A stretch of 59,501 bases of DNA, the filler included, from Porpidia crustulata (Eukaryota), in assembly GCA_964255105.1 (NCBI GenBank). It is 5 parts of 5 records of this genome, joined end to end, with 100 filler letters (N's around TTAATTAATTAA, not from the genome) between each part and the next. Parts side by side here need not be neighbours in the genome. Positions count along the whole stretch, not along the records: positions 23,864 to 35,681 come from CAXUWE010000595.1; positions 35,782 to 47,598 come from CAXUWE010000596.1; 3 more parts are not named here. One strand, written 5' to 3'. The stretch's first letter is position 1. Each line of letters starts with the position of its first letter. The notes under the pieces are model-generated. The model searched no databases, was not told the origin of the DNA, and saw only the letters and a list, made by a program, of their open reading frames with translations. This document shows positions 24,300 through 35,974 of this stretch, piece after piece. The position numbers were made by a program, and so were the translations under genes.

Positions 24300-26121
24300 T
24301 CACCTCACTCTGACCGGCATAGCCTTGTAGCCGTTTGGCATGGCCGCATATGCTTTAGGCAGAGCCGCTGGAGCCCTTTTAACCTTCATATTCGCCTTCG
24401 TCTTGCCCACTATATCCACCAACTCTGTCTTGGGGACTATGTACGGTTGTACCTGTTTTCGCACCATCGTCCTCTGCTCATAGGCATAGGCGAAGCCGAT
24501 CAGACTGGCTTCGCTGAATGCAGGGCCGAGGAAGGAGAGGCCGAATCTGTCAAGATTTGGAGTATGAGTGATCAATCAAGATTAGGGTTTGGGGGGATTT
24601 CGGGCGCAAGAGAACTTACGGGATGTTTGGACCGATTTCTACCAGAGATCCGCGTTGGTTCTTTACGACAGTCGTGTTGGCGGGGAAGAAACCCATGGGC
24701 ACGGTGACGACTGGGGTACCGACAAATGCTGGAAGACCCGGAGAGAAGTACGTCGGCAGGATCAGAGCATCCAGACTGTAGTTCGTCAAAAGACCTAGGA
24801 TACCCTGCGGGCCTGCGGTCTGCAGGTTGATTTGATATGCAGCCCAAAATTGTGGACTAAGGTTGTCAAATCCAAGGCCGAGCGATTGGTCAAAAACGGC
24901 AGTGTCTCGGTCGGGGTATTCTTCCGGTGGGAAAGCGTGCGTGAAGTTGTTCACGTCGGCGAGGTTGTGCACGTTTTGAGGGTTGTAGATTAATTTGGAA
25001 AGATAATTGTCAGGAAGGTCCCTGATGAAATCGGCTTCCAAGACTATCGTTGAAGCATTGCCATTGAGGTACTGGTCCAGAGCGTAGGCGGTGATGTTCG
25101 TATTATCCACAATAGTGGCACCAGCTCGTTTGATGGTTTGGATGGCTTTCTCAAACGCGGCTAGACCGGGCGCATCGCCTGGCTGGTCGTATATTGTATT
25201 ACGCGGAATTCCTATTCGCTTGCCCTTAAGGCTGGAGAAGTTGCAGGCCGCGACATAATCCGGAATAGGGTCGGGTTGAACAAGAGTATAGTTGTCGTTG
25301 GGGTCTTTGCCAGCTATTGCCTGGAGAATGTAGGCTGCGTCTTTGACAGTGCGCGCCATTGGCCCTACGGTATCCTGACGCTGGCTGATGGGTATGACCA
25401 GAGCTCGAGATGTAAGGCCAACAGTGGGCTTGATACCGACTAAGTTATTCACCTCACTCGGACTGAGGATACTGCCGTCCGTCTCGGTACCAAGGGCAGC
25501 AAGCGCGAGTCCGAGCGATGAAGCCACACCACTGCCACTGGAGCTGCCGCTTGGATCCTGCAATGGATAGTAGGCAGCATAACATTGTCCACCGTATGCA
25601 CTCCACCCGTTTGTGCTGTTGTTGGATCTGAAATTGGCCCACTGGCTCAAATTTGTCTTTCCTAGTATCACAACGCCCGCGGCTCTTAGCTTCGCAGCGA
25701 TGCCAGAGTCTCGAGGGACCTTTGCCCCCAATAAAGCAAACGATCCTGCTGTAGTGCTCATCTTGTCAAAAGTTGCAATATTACCCTTGATGAGCAATGG
25801 GATACCATGCAGGGGCCCTCTGGTAGTGCCATTGGCTCGCTCAGCATCGAGTTCCTGGGCAATTGCTAATGCATCGGGGTTGAGCTCCGTGACGACGTTG
25901 AGAGTAGAGTTAACCTCTAGAATCCTGGCAATGTAGACATTGACAAGGTCAACGCTTGTGAAGAGGCCGCTTTCAAGGCCTGTCTCAAGCTCCTCAGTTG
26001 TGGCATCAATCAAGCTTGGGTAGGGACTCGTGGTAGTTTGATTAGGGCATGACAACTGGCCATTCACAAAAACAAGAAATAGGAAGCACAGCAAAGAAGC
26101 AATGCGAAGGCGTAGAGACAT
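24300..26121 (-). CDS. Secreted amidase-signature family enzyme; exons 26121-24620 and 24546-24300
   Basis: Signal peptide, [11 protein letters not shown] (catalytic Lys), [17 protein letters not shown] and [12 protein letters not shown] (Ser-cisSer-Lys triad). A 73-nt intron restores P|FGLSFLG...AYAYEQ. Confidence 0.92.
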
Positions 26122-27288
26122 ATCCGCAAACGCAATTGAGCTGAGCTGGATATGAGAGATAGTGTGAACGAAGGTTCAATAACGTGAGGGGTAGCCATAC
26201 TTATACTCTAAGAAATTTCACATCAAGCCTTCGAAGCTCGAAAATCGAGGCTGACTGAATCAGGGACGATAACGACTGCAAGCCATTGATTAATAGCCGT
26301 TAGTCGTGGCATTACCACGACGGGAAGCTTAGAAAACAAGGAATCAACCGTTCGGCAGTAGTTTGACAAGGGCTGCAGTCGGAATGGTAACATAGAGGGC
26401 CAGTAGTGATCGAGTCACGTCGCAGTGAGGAGTAAACATTGACTGACGGAGGCTTGTTTACTTTTTTCTTCCACGCAAGCCGTTAAGATGGTCGTCATCA
26501 TCTGTCCCAATCAGGAAGGTCGACGATTCACCGACATTCCGAGATCCCTCGAAGGCTTCTCTTCAGGCCTGGGAAGCACATTATCCAAGACAGTACTTGC
26601 GTGGCCTGGTCATCCGTTGTAGAAACCAGCAGCCACGACTGCTCAAAGCGAACATCTCCACCAATCTATTCTGGAACTGTGACGCGGCGACTTCGAGCAG
26701 CGTACGAGCAGTATCATCTCAAGACCACTTAAGCCCTAGTACAGGGATGAGGGGATAATTTAGCTTGGATAAGGTATCGCGGCTCTCACGCTCTGTATAA
26801 TGCTCGTCATTATGGGACCTGGACATAGCAATAGATGCGTAGGTTAATAGCGCTAGAACCCTATAGGCTTAGAGCCTCCGGGCGGAATGAAATCTACTAC
26901 TACTACTAATGCTCGTCGAGGATCTTAGGCTCGTAGCAGTCATGTCAAAGGTCACGATACACTCTCACCATTTCATGATTACTTGTCTGTCACGATGATT
27001 AGACCCCATGACAAACATGTTTAACACATGAGTTGACCGTCTCGAAAGCTATCGCGACCATGAACGGCCTGAGAAGTGGGGATGGAAATAATTCCGTTTC
27101 CTGACTCAGGTTCCCTACCTACTCACAATTAAAATCCCAATGAGTGGGCCACGTGACCGTATGGAGGAGGCTCTGAAGGATACAGTCAGCCCCATAGGGC
27201 GAAGTTTTCTTTGGCGTGCATTAAGCTGAGTGTTCGCGTTCGTTTAAGCCCTACTTCTTCAATCCACAACTACGTGGTACCTGCATCA

Positions 27289-29194
27289 ATGGAAGATAGG
27301 CAAACACATTCAGAGGGCTCAAATATGGCTCCGAGCCATGTTAACAGCGACCCAAGCTCCGGCCAGCTGGGCGCGGTCTCGGTCAAGAAACAGCCACCCC
27401 CTGAGACGCTGGAAAGCATACGTATTCGTAAATTGGTGATTGGCTCCTTCTGGGTGATTGTCATATTCCTTGGACTTCCAATGTGGTGGTGGACCACCTC
27501 GATCTACCGTGCATCGCTGCCTTTGCAGGAGATGCTAGAATGGGCTGACGGCAAGGTATGAGTGTTTGAATTTGTTGGCCAAAACTTTGTACTCCTACTG
27601 ATTGGAGATCTTGGAGGCATGCAAACCGTCCTTTCCCCTACAGATTATCATCGATGCACCGTTGTTACTAGGAAGCGAGGCGCAGCATCTGGTTCGAACT
27701 ACTCAGCATGCCCTCGATGATTTGAACGAATTTTCCGCCCACCACCTACGTCTGCGTCTATCCAAGATAGACACACCTCCGAATAACACAACCCCATTGC
27801 CCACAAGCCTGGAAAGCTCCGACGATGATATATTTCGGACGAAGAAGAGTAAACAAGAGGACGTTGCTCTGACTGTTAGACTACTTCCACGTGAAGCTAT
27901 AACAGCAGCCCAGGCAGAGCTACAAAGTCATTCCACTGTGCTGAACGTCTTTTATCCGCCAATCCATGCGCCTTCAACATCGTCAAGCTCCTCTACCCTA
28001 GCCAGCTTCATAGCTACAAACCTCCAGGTCCTCTTTGCCGAGGAACAAGCAACCATCGCCCATATCTTGACGTCGAATCATCCTCCTTCGACTAGCCACC
28101 CATCGTCAACTGGCTCAGGGTCAGCACCTCACAATTCCCAACCGATCTCATCTGTGTCCCGAGATTATAGGTCTGGCTCGAATCGATCGCTTCCACCAGA
28201 ACTGGCAGCGCGCCTCGCAAGTCGTATGACGAGGTCTTTAAAGTATGCGCCTACCTACCATATCACTTTCTCTCTTTTCACACCGACCGCGATACCGTCG
28301 TCTTGGGACATTGAGTTGGCACTCGATGAATTTTTTGTACCCCTACTGGATTCGATATCAGCAATCAGCAATTTTACAGTTGACACCCAGATTCAACTTT
28401 ACGCGACGTTGTCACCTTCAGTGCAAACCCCGGAGCATGACGTGACAATCCAGGCTTGGACAATACGTGAGGAAGACCTCAGTGGATTTATTAACGCGGC
28501 CGAGTGGCCTTTGAATCCTAGTATAGGTGCTGGGCCAACATTGAATTTTGTGCTCTACGTTCCGGATCCTGCCCATACACCTCTTGTGGTCAAAGAAAGC
28601 CAAGCTTCCAGCTGGCTGATTCCTCAATGGGGTGGGGTCGTCATACTCAATCAATTGGTAATGAAAAAAGAAGCACAGTCGATTTCGACAACACTATCGA
28701 AAGAGGCAATTCAACCAGCCATGTTAGCCTTTTCCCATCAACTATTGTCGTTCCTAGGAGCCCCTCAATCACCCCCCTCACTCCCATTACAACTTCAAAC
28801 ATTGACTCGAATTCAGGCCGCATCACTGCTTCTGTCGGCATCTTCGACTATGGGCTCTTTAGCGCGGCTTACCGTTGCTCTTCCCTCTATTGCAATCCCA
28901 GAGACTGTCTTAGCTGCTGTGGACACCACTTTGACCCATCTTCGAGGATCTTGTAGCGCATTGAGAGACGGCAGATTCAACAACGCGCTTGAACTGGCTA
29001 GAGTCGCCGAAGCCGAGGCGGAAAAAGGTTTCTTCGAGAAGAGCATGGTTGGCCAAGTTTATTTTCCGGATGAACACAAAGTCGCAGTATACTTACCGTT
29101 ACTAGGGCCCATTGGCGTTCCTCTTGTGATGAGCGCCATAAAGGAGCTGAAAAGCCTACGAGCGTCGTGGTCCGGGCTTCGTGGCGTTCGATGA
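27289..29194 (+). CDS. GPI17: GPI transamidase subunit PIG-S/Gpi17; exons 27289-27555 and ~27617-29194
   Basis: N-terminal TM LGLPMWWWTTSIYRASLP, LSGFINAAEWPL, LNFVLYVP, WLIPQWGGVVI and the C-terminal AEKGFFEKSMVGQVYFPDEHKVAVYLPLLGP. Confidence 0.93.
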
Positions 29195-32117
29195 GCTTCA
29201 CCTATTTTGCTGATCTGGACCCTTGGAATATGATCATTTTACTGATACTACCGAGGTGACCTTACTCTAGGGATGTATAGATCTAACTCCCCGACCATGC
29301 ATCAGGTACATACAATCCGTATAGATTGTGAGCTTTCACCGAGCTCGCTTTGCCAAATCAGGTACACGTCCGTCTGTACTAAGGCTCTATGAGCACCAAC
29401 ACAATACACAGTGCGGATCAGGCCACAAGGGTCGATCCGAGGCAACCTCAAGTCTGGAACGTGAGGATGAGATCTATTGCGAAGGTGGATTTTAGGTTTT
29501 CCATTGACGATGCACAGGTCTGTCGCTGGATAATTGATGGCGTGCGGCACGGCTTGATGTTCGGTAATGCAAAAGATCATGGGAAGCACGGATTTGAGAG
29601 CTTTGCATTGTTGTATGCAACGATACTGTCTTAACCTACCCGCACGACCGTACGGAGTCTAATGGCTGAAACTCCAAGGACAGAAGACACAAAGGCGGAC
29701 GCGAGCACACCGCAAGTTCACCACCTAGCTACCTACGGAGAACTAGTCAGGAACTCGGTTAAGAGAGAAGCAATAACTCCGCTGATCTTCCAGAAAAAGG
29801 CCTTGTGGCCAGGTCGTGCGGGAAGTCGATCCAGGCTATTTTGAAAGATGGAAACGAAACATCGAGGGGTCGAGTGGCGAACAGTGGTGCTTTAGATGCG
29901 AGCTCAGCTTATTCCATCACTCCATCTCATGAGAGGGTGTTGTCGTGCGGAAAACCCCCAATCGAGTGTTGGCGTTGCGTTTCTGCGAAACGACACTAGA
30001 GCTCTCAGGTGCTAGTGCCTCAGCAACTCTTATTATCATGAAAAGCCATGGTCAGCAGTCGGTGCCGCATCTATTCGTGATCGCTGCCAGTAAACATGTT
30101 GCGGCACAGCAAAGATGGACGGATGGCATACGGCTACTTGTGTGCATGGCAGCCTCGTGGTCATCAGAGCTCAGTGGTCGCGATGCCCGTATGCCTATCA
30201 AAGAAGCTTAATTATCAGTTTCGAGTATGGTGTTGGAATTTCGAGAGAAACCGAAGGATTTAGTAACTGGCGATGACGGAAGGCTTGATATACGCCATCG
30301 GCTAACTATATCGACTTGCTGTCAGCCTTTCACGCTCCTGCCACTGCTCGATCTCTTAGACTCATTCATACCCTTGGAACTTATCACTACCAAATACTTT
30401 TACTGTACTGCCGTACTAAAGTATTTCAACATTAGCAGTACAATGGTGCTGCAGCCAGCGCGGATTCTGCGACCTACCTTAGTATCGCTTGGCTTTTCGT
30501 GGGGTACATTTGCATGTTGCGGGAAGGGACCCATTATGATCGTAATTAGGATGTATGCGTGGCACACTGACACCTGACGAATTTATGGACCGATTCAAGA
30601 TGGTTTCCATGGTGTGACAAGCCTTTCGTGGTACGGGTTTTCCTCAATGCAGTCTCATGGCACGGCAGCTGCCAAACTCTTTCCTCTCCCATTCAGGTCA
30701 GCGGCATGGAAGCGGAAGAAAGGGTTGTGTACAAAGTATAGACACGCAACAGTGTGTAATACTTATTTGACTGTCTGGTAGAAGTAGTGGAGGCCGATGC
30801 ATGCGTACATGCGACGGCAAAGTGAAGGCATTTCCATCTGCCAGGGCAAGTGACATGTGAGACGGCCAGCGGTGGGGACGGGAAGAACTGTGTTGGAGCG
30901 CTTCGCCGTCGCTTTGCTTTAGTTGCATTAGGGCAGGTACAGGTCAGCATACGTAGTGGTGGTATTATTTACGTTAGCTGTACGTTCATCTTACACGGTC
31001 GTGGATTGTACTCTGTGTGTCTGTCAATGGCAATAGTCTGTGAGTGTGGAAAGGATCTGTCATGTGTGCGAAGACTACTTGGAGCAGTAACGGTATCAAA
31101 TCCTCTTGCTTGCTAGGAATTCCGGACTAGTATGTGTACACTTCCAACTTGAGTGTTTAATTACCATGTAGCGTTCCCATTCGCAAGCTCAGGCTTCCTG
31201 CCGATCGAGTCGGAGCTTTTACCACTTAGATTATCAGGCGTGAAACAGGATCCATGTTGATCGCTCCTCTTACTCGATCCAAAGTCGTAAAACATTGATT
31301 TTCGGCATCATGGGACCACTACCTACCGCCGTCCCCAACTTCCAGCGCTTTTTGCTTTCGCGCGTCGGGTGAGCGTCAGTCCTACTTTAGTCGTATGTAG
31401 GTACATGCATATTCCAGAGAGATACGCTGGGGACGACGTGCTTCGTCCTAACAAAATAGTAGCAGTAATAACAAATAAGGTACCCTCTAGTCATCATAAT
31501 TGTGATACCGAGATTGACCACCGGCTGTCTGCATGCCACCACCTGCCCACTCCTCCCACCATTTCACCATCCCATCAAGATACCTCATGTTGCCCTCACC
31601 CTGCAATACCGTTGCATGCACAACTACTCAAATAATAGTAGAGGCACCCCCTTAGGTAGTTGTCCAATTCCTACCACTGTGATCACAACTGTCTCCGACT
31701 TATCTCAATCATGCTTGGGGGGCTCACGTCCATTCTCGACATCTCCGAGCTACTCTAATCACACACCCATGATGCTTAATTGTTGCTGCGCACACTGAGA
31801 TACCCACTAATCAAGCGTGCTATCATCTCAACTGGCAACGATACTCCGCATACTCCCACCTTCGGCCGGTCTTAAACTTTTGAGCAAGGTCGTTGTACAT
31901 CGTCCGATCTTGCTGGCGCTAGTCGAACACGGCTGGTTGACGTCAAATCGCTCTGACATTACACCTGGCAATTCAAAGGTTTTTACGTTCAACACAAATT
32001 TTGCTCGGGAATCGGAAAATCAACCATATCCTCCCATGGTCACGCACAACGTCTACCCAATTGTGCTCCTACACATTTATCCTTAAGTTATAGCTTCGGC
32101 CCAGCAATTGTTCAACA

Positions 32118-35031
32118 ATGTCGGGCAGGAGCGCCTTTGTGCGCGTGAAGAATACAGAGCAGGCGGACAAGAGGGCTCATCGAGCGTACTCAGACTATGG
32201 CAAGGAAGATCACTTCGTCTATGGCTACTCCGGTGCGCCACTCTCGATGTCAAGACCAGCGATCTCCGCCGACCCATCCCACATCTCTTCCCCACGTCCG
32301 CGGCGTCGTCAATCGATTTCGTCCGCCGGTAGCACCTACGGGTATCCTCCTCCCTCGATGCGCAAACCTCGTCCCATCATTGTTGCTTCTGCGATCGAGA
32401 AGAGCGATTTCCGGACCCATCTGGATGGCATGAGCGCTAGTCTACGGGGGAAGCTTGGCAGATTGATGAAGGGTGGGGACGACCATACGCCTCTTGGTCG
32501 CCGGCGAACCGGCCCCGTCACCGTCAGCTCGGATACGGAATCACGCAGCACTGACTTTACACCTTCCATCAACGCAGTGCCATCGTTGACGGCGAGCACA
32601 TCTCCCTCGGAAGGTCCGCCAACCTATCCGTCTTTTGGTCCATCTACATCGCATGTGATAAGGGCAAAGCAGCAACAGCAACAAGAGTCGGTGCTCCATA
32701 AGATTAGAAGGTTTGAAGGGGGCGGGAAGCTGCCTCAGCTCGGATGGAAATCATTAGCAAGTGTTAGTGATGTACCTCTGTCAACCTCTTCTGGAGTATG
32801 TGCTGACCAATGCAATACAGAACCCCGAGCTATGGGACGAGAATGGAGATACGTTTGTGTACATGTATATGCGAGGTTCCCGAACGAAGCCTCCACCATC
32901 GTTTCGGATCAATTCCAACGTCATAGTACAATCAGGCTCAAAAGCATTTATTGACAAGCTCTATAACCCCGATGAACCCGAAGGCTGGCCACGGTTTTAC
33001 CCCTATGAACCACGGGACTCTGGATTTGTGTCGCGAGGAGATCCGTCAGAATCTTTTACCAACTACGCACATGGGATGAACCTGAACGGCGATGATGACG
33101 ACATCGATGCAATCTGCCCTTTGGACGATCCCAGGAGGTATACAGCAAAGGCTCCTAGAGGCATCCAGCATGAGATCTACGTTCCATGGCCAGGCGCGGA
33201 AGTTGGTACCCATTCAACCATATGGCACATCACTACTCGAAACTTCTTCGCCGTCATGTACGATGCAAGTGCTTTGGTCGGGACTACACTACACGAGGCC
33301 ATGTTCAAGTTGTTCGAACGCATTAGCATCTATCCGGATTATTTGGAGTCGAATATTGGCAAAGTGGATTGGCTTACTGATTACCTAGTCCGGCACAAAT
33401 TCGACGACGTTCGCAATAATCCTTCTTACGCCGCGTCGATACTTGCTTTCAGCGAAAGAGTGCAATGGAGGGAAGGCTACATCGAAGCGTTTGTGCACTG
33501 CGTGGGAATGTTGAACTTCGGTCTCACAACCGTACCTGAATGGCGCTTCATATCCGAACAAACAAAGATCTTCATCAATAACGCGAATTTGGAATTCGAG
33601 GAGCGCATTCACCGAGCACAGAAATGGCTTCTCTCCTTTGAGTTCAACGACATGTGGGTAGCCACTAGCGTAGCACCGACCCCGGCTCGTCAATGCTATG
33701 ACAGGTTGAGGAAGTGGCTTTGCAAATACTACGAGAATGCTTTCCTCCATTGGCCACCAACCAACGACCAGACATGGCTGACACGCGATATGGTGTTGCG
33801 GTTGAAGAATGATTTTCATGGGCTATACGACTACCTCGTGGACCGCGACGTAATATTCGATGGCTCCGAATATCGTGCTGATCAGAAGTGGGCAATCAGT
33901 AGCTCGTCCGGGCGTTCCTTCAAAGCAGATTCGTCCGAGCTGCCTCTAACAGACATCCTCGCCGGCTTCGACACGCGCAACCACTTCCCTCACATTCCGC
34001 ACCCTTACCCGGTGTGTCCGGCTTCCGTCCCGGTACAAATGAAGCCAAAGTCTTCATTCATGCTCAAAAAGCCTTCCTCTCCAAGTGATACCACCTCCCA
34101 GTCCCGTCGCAAAGTCCTCTCCTACTCCGAAGCCACCAATGTCTACATACTTCGCGATCACACCATGCACACCGATCTTGTCAGCAACTTCATCAAGTTT
34201 GAACAACAAGACATGATCGACTCGTACGACCCTTACGAGGCTCGTCGTGGCCGCTGGGTTCTCATCTATGGCATTCTCCAAGTCTTGGCCACGGTATCCG
34301 TCGACAGCCCAAATCTTCGTTATAAAGACAATGTACAGTACCACCTGAGCCCTCAGATGAAAGGTATCGTACCATGGTCTACCCCAGGTTCTCCGCCAGA
34401 AGACGAAGCAGAACATACACGCTCCCACTGCTGGACTATCCCCGCCACTTGGGGACCATCGATTCCCAAAGCCCGTCCAGGCGCGCACAAACCAATTCTC
34501 TGGGGCCAATTCGGCGACGGGCGCGTCCGAGGCGAGAGTGTCGAAGGAGAATGTGTCATGACTCCGCCCGCGAATCGTGACCGTGTCGCGACCCCGCCAG
34601 GGAAAAGCGAACGTATCGTCACCCCACCGTTGAACCGCGAACGTGTCATGAACCTGACGTTCGACCGCAATCTGTCCTTCGACCGGAACCAATTCCCGTC
34701 GCCTTTGGACCGCGACCGCGTCATCACCCCTTCCCTCGACCGCGTCATCACGCCCCAGAAATCCAGTGAGCTCAGTATCGGCCGCAAGCGCGCGGAAGAG
34801 TGGGTGGCAGGGCAACATATGGATATCCGCAGCGACGCGGGCGTGAGCGCTCCACCTGTAGATACGGAAACGATCATGAGCGAGAGCCCGCCGAAAGCGA
34901 GGAAAAACAGCGGCGTGACGGTCGACAGGGTTAGTGGCAGTAGTGGGGATTGTTCGAGTGAGAGTGCGGCGAGGAGGCGGAGAGCCTTGATCCATGGGTT
35001 TACGGATTTTCAAGTGCCAGACGAGTGGTGA
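32118..35031 (+). CDS. Conserved fungal hypothetical protein (globular central domain, disordered termini); exons 32118-32762 and 32821-35031
   Basis: A 58-nt GTTAGT..GCTGAC..CAG intron joins two long ORFs in frame. The motifs ELWDENGD, PSFRI, TTRNFFA, WREGYIEAFVHCVGM and ARRGRWVLIYGILQVL recur in an uncharacterised ascomycete family. Confidence 0.8.
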
Positions 35032-35681
35032 TTGGTGATACGAATGAAAGTCACAGCCAGTCATTGACTCGGTTTCGTTCCCTCGGCACTAAACCAGGCG
35101 AGACCAAGTAGTATCGGCGATATTTGACCGTTTTCTCGCATATCACAATTCCTTCCCTTTCCTTTCCTTTTTCGTTTTTCTTCAAAACGAGATTCCCCCT
35201 TCTTCTTTCCTTGTCTGCCGCAACGACGGAAAATTTCGTCGATACGTCGGGGAGCGCGCTGCGCCCCCCCCAAAATTTTAACAAGCTGGACCTAATGATC
35301 TTGGCGCATACGATGGTGGTGTTGGTGGATATGGATCCGGCGGGCAACCTGAGCCCATGAAGCGATATCAGGAGAGGGACTTCGGAGAATCGCGCTTTTT
35401 CAAAATTGTGGAATTGATGGAGGGAGAGGGCGGGAGATTCTGCCTATGTGTTACCGTCACGAGAGGGGACCCCGGGGGGGGAAGGTGCGCGCAGGATGTC
35501 GTGGCATCTCTCGGGATTTTCTTGGAGGGATGGGTTGCTGGCATAGCTGGCATATGTGGAGATGGTGAGACATGTCGAGGTGTTCACGCGAGATATCCAT
35601 CATCATCGGTGTGAATGTTGGAGATGGTGGAGATGTTGCGGATGGCGACGGATGTACGTATCTAAACAAGAGCAAACAGGA

Positions 35682-35781
35682 NNNNNNNNNNNNNNNNNNN
35701 NNNNNNNNNNNNNNNNNNNNNNNNNTTAATTAATTAANNNNNNNNNNNNNNNNNNNNNNNNNNNNNNNNNNNNNNNNNNNN
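35682..35781. other. Artificial contig spacer (44 N + TTAATTAATTAA + 44 N)
   Basis: Same 100-nt structure as the other spacers. Confidence 0.98.
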
Positions 35782-35974
35782 GTCCTGGAAGATGGTCGAG
35801 AGAGATGTGATGGACTGAAGATTTGATGCAAGAGACTTGACCGTTGAAATCGGTAGAAGGCTTGCACCAAGAAACATGAGAGACTAGAACTGGTGCTGGC
35901 TAATGCTTGTGTAAAGGGGTGAATAAAATCCAACCTGGAGCGATATTTTAGCAACCGAGAGAAGATCCACTCAC

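Noticed and set aside
19918..26121. Apparent Argonaute - tRNA methyltransferase - amidase neighbourhood
   Set aside because: The genes are separated by an artificial spacer at 23764-23863, so adjacency is not evidence of linkage.
27150..27157. GTCACGTG E-box upstream of GPI17 (another at 41645-41652, upstream of ERV46) as a shared secretory-pathway element
   Set aside because: Only two occurrences, on unrelated contigs and at different distances from the ATG; this is a generic bHLH motif.
34054..35064. 336-aa minus-strand ORF
   Set aside because: It is antisense to a well-supported GC-rich CDS and has no domain features.
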